Positions 1 to 15,000 of a DNA stretch of 64,000 nucleotides are shown piece by piece. Source of the DNA: an uncultured Planctomycetota bacterium (GTDB lineage: Bacteria; Planctomycetota; Planctomycetia; Isosphaerales; Isosphaeraceae); contig CAWGMQ010000008.1 of the NCBI GenBank assembly GCA_963823665.1, positions 320,001 to 384,000 on the forward strand, in the 5' to 3' direction. A program made the translations under genes and the position numbers. Every line of letters begins with the position of its first letter. Position 1 is the stretch's first letter. The notes under the pieces are model-generated. The model saw nothing but the letters and a program-made list of their open reading frames with translations, made no database searches and was not told the DNA's origin.

Positions 1-2
1 AT

Positions 3-3000
3 CCCTATGTCACGGGCACTCTCCTGACGACCGCGGTCCACACCGGCGTCTTGAGTAACGACCCGCACGACCCTGACTTGCCCCAGAGCTACACCGAGAC
101 GGCGACGGTCACCATCCCCGAGCACGACAACGGTCAGTATTACCTCGTGCCGCAGGTAGATATCTACCAGCAACTCGACGAGACCACGCTGGCCGCCAAC
201 GTCAACCCCGACGACCCGAACGATTTTCGCAGCGACAACTTCAAGGCCGCCCCGATCACCATCCTGGCCGAGCCCCCTGCCGACCTGGTGGTCACTGCAA
301 TTCAGGCGCCGGCCGTTGCCGCAGCCGGCACGCCCTACACACTGAGCTGGACGGTAGCCAACCAAGGCGCCGGCGCGACCGAGGGTTCCCAATGGTCCGA
401 TTACGTTTACCTGTCAAACGTGCCGACCTGGATAGAGCCGGACACGACCATCCCGCCGGGGGTGACCCAGATTTTTCTCGGAGCGTTCCCGCACAACGGG
501 GCGCTGGCCTCGGATCAGAGCTACTCCACAGAGCAGACCATTCTGCTCTCGCCTGCATACAGCGGCCAGTACGTGATCGTGGTGACCAACCCCCCGTCTA
601 ATAGCACCATCTGGGAAGGACCGTACAGCAACAATAATGCCACGACTGCTCCCAGCGTGGTCACAACCGCGCCGGCGGATTTGCAAGTGACTTCGGTCGT
701 CACCCAGCCAGTCGCTTACTCCGGGGAAAATACGACGGTGACGTGGACGGTGACCAATTTCGGCGCACCTGTCTGGAGCGGGACGCAGTTCTGGTACGAC
801 GACGTCTGGGTCTCGCCCGACCCCACCTTCATCGCCAGCAGGGCCACGCTGCTGGGCCTGTTCACGCACACCGCCACGACACCGATGGGCACCGGCTCGA
901 GCTACACCACCAGCCAGGTCGTCACCCTGCCGCCGGGAATTGGAAACAAGGTCAATCCACTTACTTACTACATCTACGTCGAGACCGATCTACCCCCAAA
1001 TAAGACCCCCGATTCGGACTTCCTTCACCTGGGCAACACCGGCGATTACGAGTCGACCGTTTTTGAAGGAGAGGGGCCCAACGAAACGAACAACATGAAC
1101 TCGGCGCCTCTGCCGGTCTATTACCGCGAGGCCGACCTGGTCGTCAGCAACCTGGTTGTGCCATCCACAGCGCCGCACTCAGGCGACACGATCCCGGTAA
1201 CCTGGACCGTCACCAACCAGGGCACGCGCAACACCCGGGTCGGCACCTGGTACGATGGCGTTTACCTCTCGCCCAACCCCTCCCTCGACCCCAACCAGGC
1301 CATTTTCCTGGGCGAATTTGAGCACTTCGGCGTCCTGAACATCGGCAGCTCGTACACCGAGACCCAGTCTGTCACGCTGCCATATGGTATCTCGGGCAAC
1401 TATTACCTCCTCGTCTTTGTCGACGACAACAGGTACCAGAACTATCAAGGGCCCGGTCTGGTGCTGGAATATCAGGACGAGGGCAACAACATCACCGCCG
1501 AGCCAATGCAGGTGCTGCCCACCGCACTGCCCGATCTGCAGGTCACGGCAGTCACTGTGCCAGAGCAGGTTACCGAGAACCAAACGCTCGCCATCTCATG
1601 GACGGTCAGCAACACCAGCCCGGCACCGACCCTTCCCGGGCAGACGACCTGGAATGATCTGGTCTACCTGTCGGTGGACCAGTACCTGGACTTGAACAGC
1701 GACATCTACCTCGGCACGGTAAAGCACACGGGCGCCCTGGGCGGAGACGGCGACCCGGTGACCGACCAGTACACCGTCAGCGACACCCTCCAGTTGCCGC
1801 GCGGCATCACCGGGCCTTACTACGTGATCGTCATCACCGACCCGATCACGGACCCGATGTCCCTTCCACGCGGCCAGGTCTACGAGGAGAATGAGAACAA
1901 CAACTCCTTGCCGAGCACGCTGCCGGTCATCATCAACCAACCGCCCCCCGCCGACCTCGTGGTGACCACGATCCAGGTTCCCCCAACCGGCCAAAGCGGC
2001 CAGCCGGTCACCGCGGCCTGGACCGTGGCCAACCAGGGCCAGTTCCCCGCCATTGGTACCTGGACCGATGCCGTCTATCTCGCGACCACGCCCGTCTGGA
2101 ACATCACCGATCCCATCATCGGCGAAGTTCAGCACTCCGACACGGGCCTCTCGACCGGCCAGTCGTACACCTCGACCCTGACGGCCATGCTGCCGCCGGC
2201 CATCCCGGGCCAGTATTTTCTGATTGTGCGCACCAATATCTTCGACGATGTCTATGAAGGCACAGCCGGCTTCGCGAATGACATCACTCCCTCCGCCGGC
2301 CAGATGACCGTAACGGTCCCCGCCCTGCAGCTCAACGTGCCGCTGGCGACGAAGCTCACCGAGGGCCAGAATCAGCTCTACCAGGTTACCGTGCCCGAGA
2401 ACCAAACGCTCCAGATATCGCTTTCGACTGCCGACGCGAGCGCGGCCAACGAGATCTACCTGCGTTACAACGCCGTGCCCACTGCCTTCCAGTACGACGC
2501 CATCGACAGCGGCCCATTGCAGGCCAACCAGACAGCCGTGATCCCCGGGACCCAGGCCGGCGTCTATTACGTGCTGGTGAACGGCACGGATAACCCGGTC
2601 AGTTTGCTGGCGCAGCTCTTGCCATTCGAGATCACGAATGTGACTCCCGACCAGGGCGGCGACAGCGCCTACGTCACGACCATCATCTCGGGCGCGCAGT
2701 TCGACCCCAATGCGGTTGTCAAACTGGTGATGCCCGGGTTCGCGGAATTTGAGCCGGTCAGCTACCAGGTGGTCAACAGCACCGAGATCATCGCCGTGTT
2801 CGACCTGACCGATGCGCCGCACGGTCAGTACGACGTGAGCGTCATCAATCCCGACGGGGCGGAGGCCGACGCGCCCTACAGCTACCTGGTCGAGCAGGCG
2901 CTGCCGCCCTCGATCACCCTCGGCCTGGGCGGCACGCGCGTCATGTATTCGGGCGATACCGGCTATTACGGCTTTTCGCTGCAGAATACATCGAATGTAG

Positions 3001-6000
3001 ACATTCCCTATGTTCAATTCGAGTTCGGCGTTCCCAGCCTGGGCACCAACATCACGGTCAACGCACCCTACGTATCCTTGAGCAGCAACGTGGCGGGCAG
3101 CCCCGACGTCGCCGGGGTGCCCTGGGCTGACCTGAGCTCCACCGTCGACACGAGCGGTTTCAACCTGGCCTCCGGTTACATCATGGACCTGGCCGATGGA
3201 GGTTACGTCGGACTCAATTTCACGGCCCAGACCTACCCGGGCGTACCCAAGCCCAACTATGGGCCCTATTTTCCGCCGCAGACGGTCGGATTCACCTTCA
3301 ACGTCGATGCCGCGGCGACGCCGCTCACCACGGCCCAGTATATCGATGAGCAGACGCAGCAGGCCGAGTTCCTGCGGCAGAGCATTCTGGCAGACCCCAC
3401 CGCCACGCCGGCCTTGGTCGTGCTGGCACAGAACGCGACGTCGTGGGACAATCTGTACCTCAATTCGCTCGAGCAGGCCGGCCTGCTGCGCCCGGTGGAC
3501 CTGCCTCCGGCCGCCCAGCAGGACCCGAACGTGACCAGCATGACGGCCACCCTGGCCGCGGGCATCCTGGCAGGCTCGGCCGGCGAACAGATCATCACCA
3601 GCGGCAACCTGCCCGCATTTTTCGCTCAGCTCACGCAGTGGTACGGCAGTGATCCGAATATCATCGAGCCGGGTGCCGTGCCGGACAGCATCCCCCTGAC
3701 CGCCCCGCTGCCGACAGCCAGCCAGTTCACCCTTGACGGCGCCAATCCGGATCAGTTTGAAGCCTTCAATGTCTACGTCCGCCAGATCTCCGTGGAAGGT
3801 GATGACGTCGCGATCTACTTCCCGGACTTGAACGGCAACACACAGGCGCAACCGGCAGACCTCGATCAGTACCTCGACAGCAGCGGGGCCGTCGCCGGGG
3901 GCGCCACGCTCGTCGGGCCAACCGCCTACGGCACCCAGCAGTTCCTGCCCGAGGGCCAGGACCTGCCGTACACCGTTCAGTTCCAGAGTCCGTCCGACGC
4001 CGGTACGCCGGTCGAGCAGGTGCGCATCACGCAGCAGCTCGACCCCAACCTCGACCCGCGCAGCTTCCGCCTGGGGGACCTGCAGCTTGGCGACCTCTCG
4101 ATCCAGATCCCCAGCGGTCTGGCCACGTTCCAGGGCGACTTCGATTACACCGAATCGAACGGTTTCATCCTGCGCGTCAGCGCCGGCATGGATCTGGACA
4201 CCGACACGGTCACCTGGCTCTTGCAGGCGATTGACCCCAACACCGGTGAGGTGCTGCAAAGCGCCACCGAGGGGCTGCTGCTGGCCGGCCAGACCGGCTT
4301 CGTCGGCTACACCATCGAGCCGCTCGCCGGTCTGGCCACCGGCACGCAGATCAGTGCCGACGCCACCGTGCTGTTCGACAACGCCCCGCCCATGGACACC
4401 GGAACGCTGACCCAGACCATTGACGGCACCGCCCCGACCACGACCTTGACTGCGACCCCGCTCACGCCCGGCAGTTCCAACTACCAGGTCACCTGGAATG
4501 CCGTGGATGATGCAGGCGGCTCCGGCGTCGCCAGCGTGACGGTCTACGTCGCCGAGGATGGCGGCGATTATCAGATCTGGCTCGACCAGACGCAGGACAC
4601 CACCGACGTGTTCCAGGGAGACCCCGGCCACACCTACCAGTTCCTGGCGCTGGCCACCGACAACGCCGGCAACATGGAGCAGCCGCCCAGTGGCGTTTCC
4701 ACACCTTCCGACGGCTCGCAGCCGAACCTGGGCGCGTTGCCCACCGTGCCCCAGACGCCGACCAATGTGCCGCCGGCCCCGCCCACGCCGCCGGTCACGA
4801 CCAATACGCCCAATCCGCTGTTCACCCAGGCGCAGCAGGGCATTCCATCGTCCCAGCCAGCCGGCAACCGATCGGAGTTCACGACCGTCCTGGCGCCGTT
4901 CCAGGCCGAGGCGTTCGCCACGGGCATCGCCCAGAGCCATGCCAACATCGGCCCGATGGCCATCGTCGTACTGCCCGATGGAAGCGTGCTGATCAGCGGC
5001 GGGCCCGATCGCAACGAGTTGTTCCACCTATCCCAGGAAGGCGGGGCCGTCGGGCGCCGCTCGCCACCCTGCCGTTCCCCATTTACGACATGGCCCTGGA
5101 TGCGCAAGGCAACCTGTGGGCGGCCACCGGCGGTGGCCCGCTGCTGGAAGTTGACCCGGCCACCGGAACCGTCCTGGGCCAGTTCGGCGATAGCCTGACG
5201 CAGGCACTTGCCATTGATCCCGCGTCGGGCCTGATCTACGTTTCCTCGGGCCAGGGCGTCGAAGTCTTCAATCCGGCCACGTCGAGCTTCACGCACTTCA
5301 GCGACTTGCGCGTCGGCAGCCTGGCGTTCAACCCCGCCGACGACAGCCTGTGGGCTGCCTTGTGGCCCGTGGATCAGGGCGACATTATTCGCTTCGACTC
5401 AAGCGGCCAGGCCGAGAAGATGCTGGAGTTCAGCGACGCCGTCAATTCCATCGCCTTCGGCCAGTCCTCGAGCGTCCTGGCCGGCTTGCTTTTCGTAACG
5501 CACGACCAGGACGCCGCCAACCCGACGGGAATTGGCAGTATCATCACGGATTCCAATCCTGCCTACGGGCCCACCGAACTGACCATGGTCGACCTGGCCA
5601 CCATGCAGACGCTGGCGGTGGCCACCGGCGGCACGCGCGGCGATGAGATCACGACCACGCCGGATGGCCGGGTGCTCTTGAGCCAGTCGCTCCAGGTGGA
5701 CGTGCTCGGCCCGATCGTCGCCCCGCGCGTCCTCGCCGTCGATCCACCGCCAGGCGCCGTCGTGGCCTTGCCGCTGGGCAGCATCAGCGTCAGCTTCGAC
5801 CAGGACATGCTGGCCGACAACGCCGCCGATCCCAGCTCGGTGCTCAACCCGAACAACTACGTGCTGGAAGGCAATTCGGCGGGCTATGTGCCCATCATTT
5901 CTGTCACGTACGACGCGAGCACCCGAACGGCCGTGCTGACTTTTAACGCGCTTGCCGCCGACCAGTACTCCCTGCGTGTGCTCACCGGCATGCGCAGCAC

Positions 6001-9000
6001 CGAGGGGATCAACCTGGCCCAGGAATACGACTCGACCTTCCTGGCCACCGCAGACCTCTCGTCGGTCATCAACCTCCAGTTCGGACTCTCCCGCAGCGAT
6101 CGCGAGACCGGGACGGTCTCCTTCCTGGTGACCATCACCAACACCAGCACGCACGACCTGCTGCTGCCGGTCGTCCTGCACCTGACGCCCGTGAACCAGT
6201 ACCCCGGCGAGCCGCAGGGCAACGAGGGCAGAGCCCCGGACGGCTCGTGGCTGATTGATCTGAGCGGCGATTTGCCCGCGAGCGGGATCCTGGAACCAGG
6301 GCAGAGCTCCGCCGGCCAGACAATTACCATCGATTCCCCCAATGGCACGCCGGTCGCGTACGATCCGTGGGCCAGCGGCGTGCTCGCCGGCAACGAGGCC
6401 CCGGTCTTTGTCACGAGCCCCGTGACCACGGCAACGGTGGGACAAGAGTATCAATATCAGGCGATTGGTTTTGATCCCGATGGCGACCAGCTCAGCTACC
6501 TGCTCGACGGCGGCCCCGCGGGAATGACGGTCGATCCCGCAACGGGGCTCCTGACCTGGACACCGACCCTCTCCAGCCCGGCTCTGGCCCAGGTGGTGCT
6601 GCAGGTCTACGACTCCTCGGGCACGCCCGCGACCCAGGCTTTCATCGTCCAGGTGCCGGGCGTGAACCCGCCGCCGGCGTTCAACGGTTTGCCGGCCGAG
6701 GTGGATGGCAAGGAAGGTGCGCCTCTGACCCTCGTGGTCCATGCCACCGATCCCAGCGGCGACCTTCTCGCGTACTTTGCCTCCAACCTGCCGCCGGGCG
6801 CGGCCTTCGACCCGACCCAGCAGACGTTCTCGTGGACGCCGGCTTTTGGAGCCGCCGGGACCTATCCCGACGCCGCGTTCACCGTCAGCGACGGCGTGAA
6901 CCAGGTGACTCAGGATGTCACCTTCGTGATCGCCCCGAACCCACAGCCGCCAACCCTGCTGCAACCGTCGCAGACCACCGGCGAGGAAGGCTCGCCCCTC
7001 CATATTCAGCTCCAGGCCACCGACTTGGGCGACAGCGCGCCGCTCGTGTATTCCAGCACGGACTTGCCCGCCGGTGCGAGTCTGGACCCGAATACCGGCC
7101 TGTTCACGTGGACGCCCGACTATACGCAGCATGGCATCTACCAGGTGGCGTTCACGGTCAGTAACGGACAGGCCAGCGCGACGCAGACGGCCGCGATCGT
7201 TGTGTTCAACGTGAACGCGCCGCCGGTGTTCCAGAATCTGCACGATTTCCAGGTGCTGGAGAACCAGCAGCTCGAGTTCCTGGCGATGGCGTATGACCCG
7301 AATAACCCCGGCTTCGTCGCGCCGACCCTCGACGCGAACGGAACGGTTGTGCCGGGAGACGGCACGCCGGCGACCGTCAGCTACACGGTCAGCGGGCTGC
7401 CGGCCGGAGCGACGTTCAATCCCACTACGCTGCTTTTCGACTGGACGCCGACCTATGAACAATTCGGGCCCTTCAATGTGACGTTCACGGCCACCAACAA
7501 CGGTGACGGCACCGGCGTGGATTTCGAGCGCGTCGGCGACCGTCACGGTTACCGTACTGCCGGTGGACCGTCCGCCGCAGCTCACGCCGATCCCCGACCA
7601 GTCGGTCCCGGGCGGCGCCACGCTGGCCGTGCCTGTCATCGCCACCGACCCGGACGCGGGCGACAAGATCACGCTCACGGTGACCGGATTGCCCTCGTTC
7701 GGCACCTTCACCGACCTGGGCAATGGCAACGGCAGCTTCCAGTTCGCACCGGGGCTCGCCGACAAGGGCAACTACACGATCACGGTGCAGGCAACCGATG
7801 ACGGCAAGGACGGCCTGACCGCGCCGCAGTCCACCCAGGAGAGTTTCGTTCTGGCCGTGCCGGTGGCCAGCGAGCCGCCGCACCTGGACTACGTCGGCGA
7901 CAAGGTGGCGGTCATCGGCAGCCCCTTCCAGTTGACCTTGCAGGCCACCGACCTGGACCAGCAGCCGCTCTCGTTCACAGCCATCGGCTTGCCGGCCGAC
8001 GCGACTCTCTTGCCCAGCTCGATCTACGGCCAGGCAAGTATCAACTGGGTGCCGACGGCCGCCGACGCCGGCGTGTACGGCGTCACGTTCGTGGTCACCA
8101 ACACCGGCAACGGCAATCCTGCCCTGGTCGCCTCCGATCAGCAGACCATCCACCTGGTGGTGCGCACCTCCAATCAGGCCCCGGTGCTGCAAGATCCCGG
8201 GACTCAAACCGTCGCCGAGGGCCAGACGCTCACAGTCAACTTGTCGGCCACCGATCCGGACGGAGACCCGCTGACCTACTCCGTGGCCAATCCGCCCCCC
8301 GGATCGACGTTCGACCCGGCTCACGGTATCTTCACCTGGAAAACCAACCTGATCCAGGCAGGGACATATCCGGACGTGGTATTTGGTGCCAGCGACGGCA
8401 ACAAGACCGCGCTCCAGACCGTCACAATCGACGTCACCGAGACGGACCAGCCGCCGGTCCTGCTTCCGGTCGGCACCCAGACGGGCCGCGAGAACGCTCC
8501 GGTGCAGTTCTCGTTGGCCGCGACCAGCCCGGACAACGACCCGATCACCTTCAGTGCGGCCACGCCGTTGCCCTCCGGCGCCGCGCTCAACCCGCAAACG
8601 GGGCAATTCAACTGGACGCCCGACTACACCCAGTCCGGCAACTACACGGTCACCTTTGCCGCAACCGTTCCCAGCGGTCTGAGCGATACCACGACCGTGT
8701 CCATCCAGATTGCCAACGTCGACCGGCCGCCAACCATCCAGGTGGCCGACCAATCGGTTCTGGTGGGAGTGCCGCTCAGCTTCACCGTCCTGGGCAGCGA
8801 TCCGGATGTGGGCGATGTGCTCTCCTATTCGGCCACCGGCCTGCCCGCCGGGGCCAGCCTGAACCCGAATACCGGCGCCTTCACCTGGACGCCGAGTGCC
8901 GGTCAAGCCGGCGTTTACCCGGTGGTCTTTTCGGTCTCTGACGGCCAGTTGTCGGTGTCGAAAACGGCCGTGATCGATGCCCTCCTGACCAGCCAGGCAC

Positions 9001-12000
9001 CGACCGTCACGGTTGAGCTGACGCCCAGCTTTCCGGCGGTGCCGGGCCAGCAGGTCCTGGTTCACGTCAGCGCAACCGGCGTGGCGGCCATCGCGAACTT
9101 GACCCTGACCGAGAACGGTCAGCCTGTGACGCTGGACGCGCAGGGTCGCTATTTCTACACGGCAACCACACCGGGACAGATCACGTTCAACGCGACCGCG
9201 ACCGATGTGGACGGAAATGTCGGCCAGGCCAGCACCGTGGTTCTGGTACGCGATCCCAACGACACCACCGCACCGATGGTGTCGCTCGATCCGGGCTTGA
9301 GTGGCATCGTGCTGACGGCGGCGACGAACGTTGTTGGCACGGTCGCCGACAGTAACCTGGATTCCTGGAGCTTACAGATCGCGCCGGTCGGCAGCTCGGA
9401 CTTCACCACGCTGGCGACCGGCAGCACGCCCGTGGCGAACGCGGCGCTGGCGACCATTGACCCCGGCTCGTTCTTGAACGGCGTCTATCAGCTTCAATTG
9501 ACGGCGACCGACATCGCCGGGCGGACCAGCACGGTTCAGACGACCCTGGAGGTCGACACGGCCACCAAGCCCGGGCAATACCTGCGCTCGGAAACCGATC
9601 TGACAGTCCAGCTTGGCGGCGCGACGGTCGACCTCACCCGCGTCTACGACTCACTGAATCGCAACACGTCGTCCTCGTTCGGCTTTGGCTGGAGCCTGGC
9701 CGTCGAGGACACGAACCTTCAGACCAGCGTGCCGCTCACGGGCAATGAATCCGAGGGCATCTTTAACCCCTTCATCTCGGGCACGCGCGTCTACTTGACG
9801 CTGCCGGACGGCCAGCGAGTCGGTTTCACCTTCACGCCGCAGCGCCACGACCAGACCGGCATCACCTGGTACACGCCCGCCTACACCGCTGATCCCGGCG
9901 TCGACTGGCAGCTCAGCTCGGCCAGTGCCGTCCTGATCCGGGGAGGCAACGGCTTCTACAGTGCCCAGACTGCGCTGCCCTACAACCCGGCCAGCGGCCA
10001 GTTCGGCGGGCCCCAGTACACGCTGACCGGCCCGGATGGCACGGTGTATCAACTGAGCGCCTCGAGCGGGGTGGTGCAAGAAAACCTGCCGGGCGGCCAG
10101 ATACTTTATTTTAGCGGCAGCGGCATCACGAGCTCCACGGGCGACGCGGTGCGGTTCATCCGTGACGCCGCCGGCCGGATCACGACCATCGAAGCGCCGA
10201 ACGGTGCGCAGGAAGTCTACGAGTACGACGCCCAGGGCAATCTCGTCGAAGCGCACAACACCGTTTCTGGCCAGAGCAGCAACTACGGCTACGCAGCCGG
10301 TGACCCGCACCTGCTGACGCTGGCCACCGCCTCGGCCACCGGCAGCGGTGCTGCCGTGTTCTACGGTCCCACGGTGCAGGTCGTGCCCCTGACTGCCAAC
10401 CTGGGCGGCACCAGTCAGTTCCTGGCCGGGAATTTTGCTGGCTCGCTGACGGCGGGCGCGACCGACTCGTTCGCCTTCCTGCTCACGGCCTCGGAAGTCG
10501 CCTCGACCAGCAACGGTACCGTACTGGTGGGAATCGACATCCAGGCTGCTTCCGGCAGTGCGGTGCAGCCGGCGGTACCGGCCATTGCCGGATTGACCAC
10601 CCTGGTCCAGCATACCGGCTCGGGCAGCGCCTTTGGCCTGTTTGCGATCAGCCGCGCAGGGTTAGAGCTGCTCCAGTTTGCGGGCGGAAGCGCGAGCACG
10701 GCGGGCGGGTACACACTGCAAGTGTTCATCGCAGGTGACGCCAACCAGGACGGGGACGTCAATGGTGCCGACGGCACGCTGGTCGCCGGTCTCGTCGGCA
10801 CGAGCGCCGGGCAATCAGGTTACATCCTGGCGGCCGACGGCAACCGCGACGGGGTCATCGACGCGGCCGACGTGCAGCTTGTGGCCGCCAACTTCGGCTT
10901 CCGGGCGACCCAGCCGCCGGTGGTCCAGGCCGGCGCGGTCATGACCCACGCCGGTCTGCCGGTCCAGTTTAACCTGGCGCCGCTGGCGACCGATCCGCAG
11001 GGCGAACCCGTCTTCTTTACCATCGTCGGGGCCGTCAACGGCACGGCGACGCTCAACCCCGACGGCAACACGGTCACGTTCATCCCAGCCTCCGGTTTCA
11101 CCGGCACTGCTCAATTCCAGTTCGAGGCTGATGACGGCCAGGAGGTGTCGACGCCGGCGACAATCACGGTGACCGTCAGCGCCGCGCCGCTCTTGAGCCT
11201 GGATTTCCAGACCCGCGAGCCGCGGCTGGGCTTGGGCGGCGGCACGCAGATCGTCGCGGTCGGCAATTTCGCGGACGAGCAGGGAGTGGTCCTGGACCCG
11301 TCCTACGTGAGCTTCCAGTCGACCAATCCCGCGGTGGCAACGGTAACGCCGCTGGGCGCGCTGGCCGGTCTGAGCGACGGAACGAGCATCCTCATCGTTT
11401 CCGCCCAGGGTTTGCAGGCCGAGACCGCCGTCACGGTGGGGCCCGTCACCAGCTTATCTCCTCTCGACCAGACGCTGTACAACGAAGGCATCAATACCTA
11501 CCCGCTGGCGGTGGCGCTGAGCGCCCTCGGCGGCACGCGGCAGTTCGACGTACATCCGGTGGGCGACATCAACCTGACGACGGACCTCAGCACGGCCAGC
11601 TCGGGCACGCAGTATTTTGTCAGCCCTCCCGGCATCGTGACGATCACGCCCGACGGGCTGATGTCCGCCGTGAGTCCCGGGCAGGCGACGGTGACGATCA
11701 TCAACGGCCCGGCCGAGACCGTCATCCCCGTGCTCGTGCAAACGCCCCACACCGGCACGGTGACGGTTGGCGCCGGCGGTGGCGTGGTGGAAGGCAGTGA
11801 CGGATCGATCGTCGCGGTCCCGCCCGGCGACCTGGCCACCGCCACGCCGGTCAGCATCACCCCGGCGACAGAGGCCAGCCTGCCCCAGATCTTGCCCGAC
11901 GGCATCACCTTCGCGGGCGCGTTCAACCTGAACATCGGCGACTCGGGTGTCAGCGTCCCCGTGCAGCTCGCCATCCCGGTGGCTCCGGGTACGCCGGTGG

Positions 12001-15000
12001 GCACGACCGTGTACTTCTATCGGGCCGGGCAATTCTTGAACGCCGACGGCACGACCCAGCCGATCTGGTGGCAGGTCGAGTCCGGAACGGTCGAGTCCAA
12101 CGGCATGGCCTACACGCACTCGCCGCCGGAACAGGGAGTCGCCAACAGCGGCTACTACCTGTTGGGCTACGGCACGGAAGAACTGTCCGACTTCGAAATG
12201 GAGCTCAACCAGGATCAGATCGAAGGCGCGGAGGCCGGCCAGCTCGACGTCAGCGTTGCCATCGACGGCGCCAACGGCTCGCTGACGGGGGCGATGGCAT
12301 CGGTGGACGAGAGCGACATCGATGCCACCCTGGCCGTGCCGGCCGAGCCCGAGCCGACGCCCGTCGTCATTTCCATCCTGGAGCAGGCTTCGTTGCCATC
12401 GATCACCACCTACGACGTTCAGCTCGAGCCCGGCCAGGTCAGCACCTTCTCGTCGTCGATCACCGTGCCGCCGCCGCTCGTCGTGAACGCCCCGAAGATC
12501 GACAATGTCTCGCTCGCCGGCACCACGCAAGCTCCCGAAGTCCAGATCGACGGCTCCGGTTTCGTGAGCGCGACCAGTTCATTGCCGCTAGAGGTCAATT
12601 TTGAACTGGCCAACGGTCAGACGATTATGGCGACCGCCGGCCAACCCGGGAACCCCGACCAGTTGACGCTTCCCGTGCCCGACGGAGTGACCCTGGGCAT
12701 CAGCCAGATTACCGTGTTGCTGCCCAACACGGTTTACGACCCCGACCCCAGCGCACTCAACGGTTCCATGGCGAGCGTCCAGTATATCGGCAGTAACCCG
12801 GCCCAGTTCAATCCGGCCGGCAATTACACCTTTGTGGCCTTGCCGGAGGGCAACAGCGGCGGGGGAGCGCTGGCGGTGCTCGACAACGATTCGACCGACG
12901 TCAATTCACCCAGCAGCGACTTTGGCAACGTCCTCACGGAAATCCCGCTCGGCACCAGCGAGCAACCCACGTCCCCACGCGATGTGGCCATCACACCGGA
13001 CGATAGCCGTGCCTATGTCACCCTGGAAGGGTCGGGGCAGGTCGCGGTCGTTGACACCATCACGCTCCAGGAAGTGAATGTCCACCCCGGCAATTCAGCC
13101 GCCGCGACGGCCAGCACTCAGTCGATTCCCGGGCCCGTGACCCTGGACCCATCCCTGAACCTGACCCAGATCACCGGCCCGACCGCCATTCGCGGCACCA
13201 TCACCGACGTGCCCGGTTTCGACCACTGGTCTCTGCAGCTAGGTCAATGGACCAGCACGTTCACACCAGTCGAGGGCATCCCGAGCCTCCCGAACGGATT
13301 GATACCGCTCGCTGCAGGCATAAGCAGTTCCTCGTCGCAATCGAGCGAAGTCCTGGCCAATCTCGATCCCACGGCACTTGGCATTCCGAATGGTTTCTAC
13401 GTGTTGCAGTTGACCGCCTTTGACGCGAACAACGACGCCATCGGCCAGCCGAGTCAGGTCTTGATCGGCGTGGACGCCAAGAGCACGGTGATCGACCTGC
13501 CGCTGGGCGCCGAACCTTATGGCATCGCCATCGATCCTCAGGGGAATTACGCCTACGTCGCCGACGCGCGGCCTTACGCCGTACCGGACGACTACGTGGC
13601 TCCCGAGGGTAACGTGGCTCCGCCGCCGGGTTCGCCGATGTCCCAGGTGTATGTCATCGACATCAACCCCGCCTCGCCAACGTACAACCAGGTCGTCGAG
13701 ACGATTCAGATCGTCGTGTCCGGACTACTGCCGGATGGCAGCGGTTTGCCGAACGTGGTCGGCGGCGTGAACGGCTTGATCGCGCCTGACGGCTTGCAGG
13801 AAATAACGGTCAGCCCGGATGGCAACCAAGTGGACGTGGCCGCCCCCAACTTCAGCCCCGATCCCAACGGTGGACCGTATGACGAGCTCGACGGCAATCT
13901 CATCGAGATCAACCTGACGACCGTAGGTAATTTTAAGCCCCCCACGTACAGCGTGATCGCGATCCCCGGGGGTGAGGGGACCTTCGGCGTGGCGGTCGCA
14001 CCGACGCCTGACGCGTCGCAGTCAGGTGAACCGCCCACGTACCCGGTCGCCTTCACCAACCCCGAGTCAGACGCCACGGGAGTCGAAGTGGTGGACCTGG
14101 CCGCCGACACCAAGACCGTGATCCCGCTCGATCTGGATCCAGCCGACGACCCCAACAACCCCTTGTACGATACGGTTCAGGATAACCCCGACTACTCCGA
14201 CGCCACCTATCTCGAAGCCCACAATGCCGGCGGCATTGTGTTCTACACGGCGCCGAATGGCACCCTTTTCGCCTTCGTGGCTGGGCGTGCCGATCAGGTG
14301 ACCTCGGTCGTCGGCGGCGGATTCGACGGCGACAACTTGAGCGCCTCAGTGGTCAGTGGTTACCTCGATCAGGATCAGAATCCGCTGTACGAAGACGGCA
14401 ACGTCGCCATTATCGAGAACCCCCTCGGCAATCCCACGGGCGATGTCAATCAGCGGCCGGTGGTCGTCGCGGCCACCCGCCCGGTTCCGTACGGCTATCC
14501 GGTGGACCTGGCCCTCACCCCGCCCGACGCCTCAGGTAATCAGTACCTCTATGTCAGCTACCAGGGACTGCCCACCGCGAGCGTGACCGGTTCAGGAACT
14601 TCTTTTGGCCTGGGTGCCGTGTTCGTCTTCAACGCCACGGCCATGATCGAAATGGTGACGACGCTGTCGCAAACGCAATCCGGCAGCCTGATCCTCGATC
14701 AGGTTCCGGTCGACAGTATCACGATGTTGGCGGACGGCGATTATGAAGAGGCGGTCAACACGACCATCGACGTCAGGGCCGCGTACGCGCAATATGACGC
14801 CCAGTTAACCGATTCCGACGGCAATCCGATCACCGAGGAGGTATTCGGCGTTCCTCCCGACGATACCGCCAACGCCCCGATCGCCACCGGCGGCTTCCCC
14901 GGCGGCATCGCCATCGAAACCGGACCCGCACCCGAGATCACGGTGCTTCAACCCACGCCCGTCGCCAGCGGCGGCAGCAGCACCATCGAGCTCGTAGCGA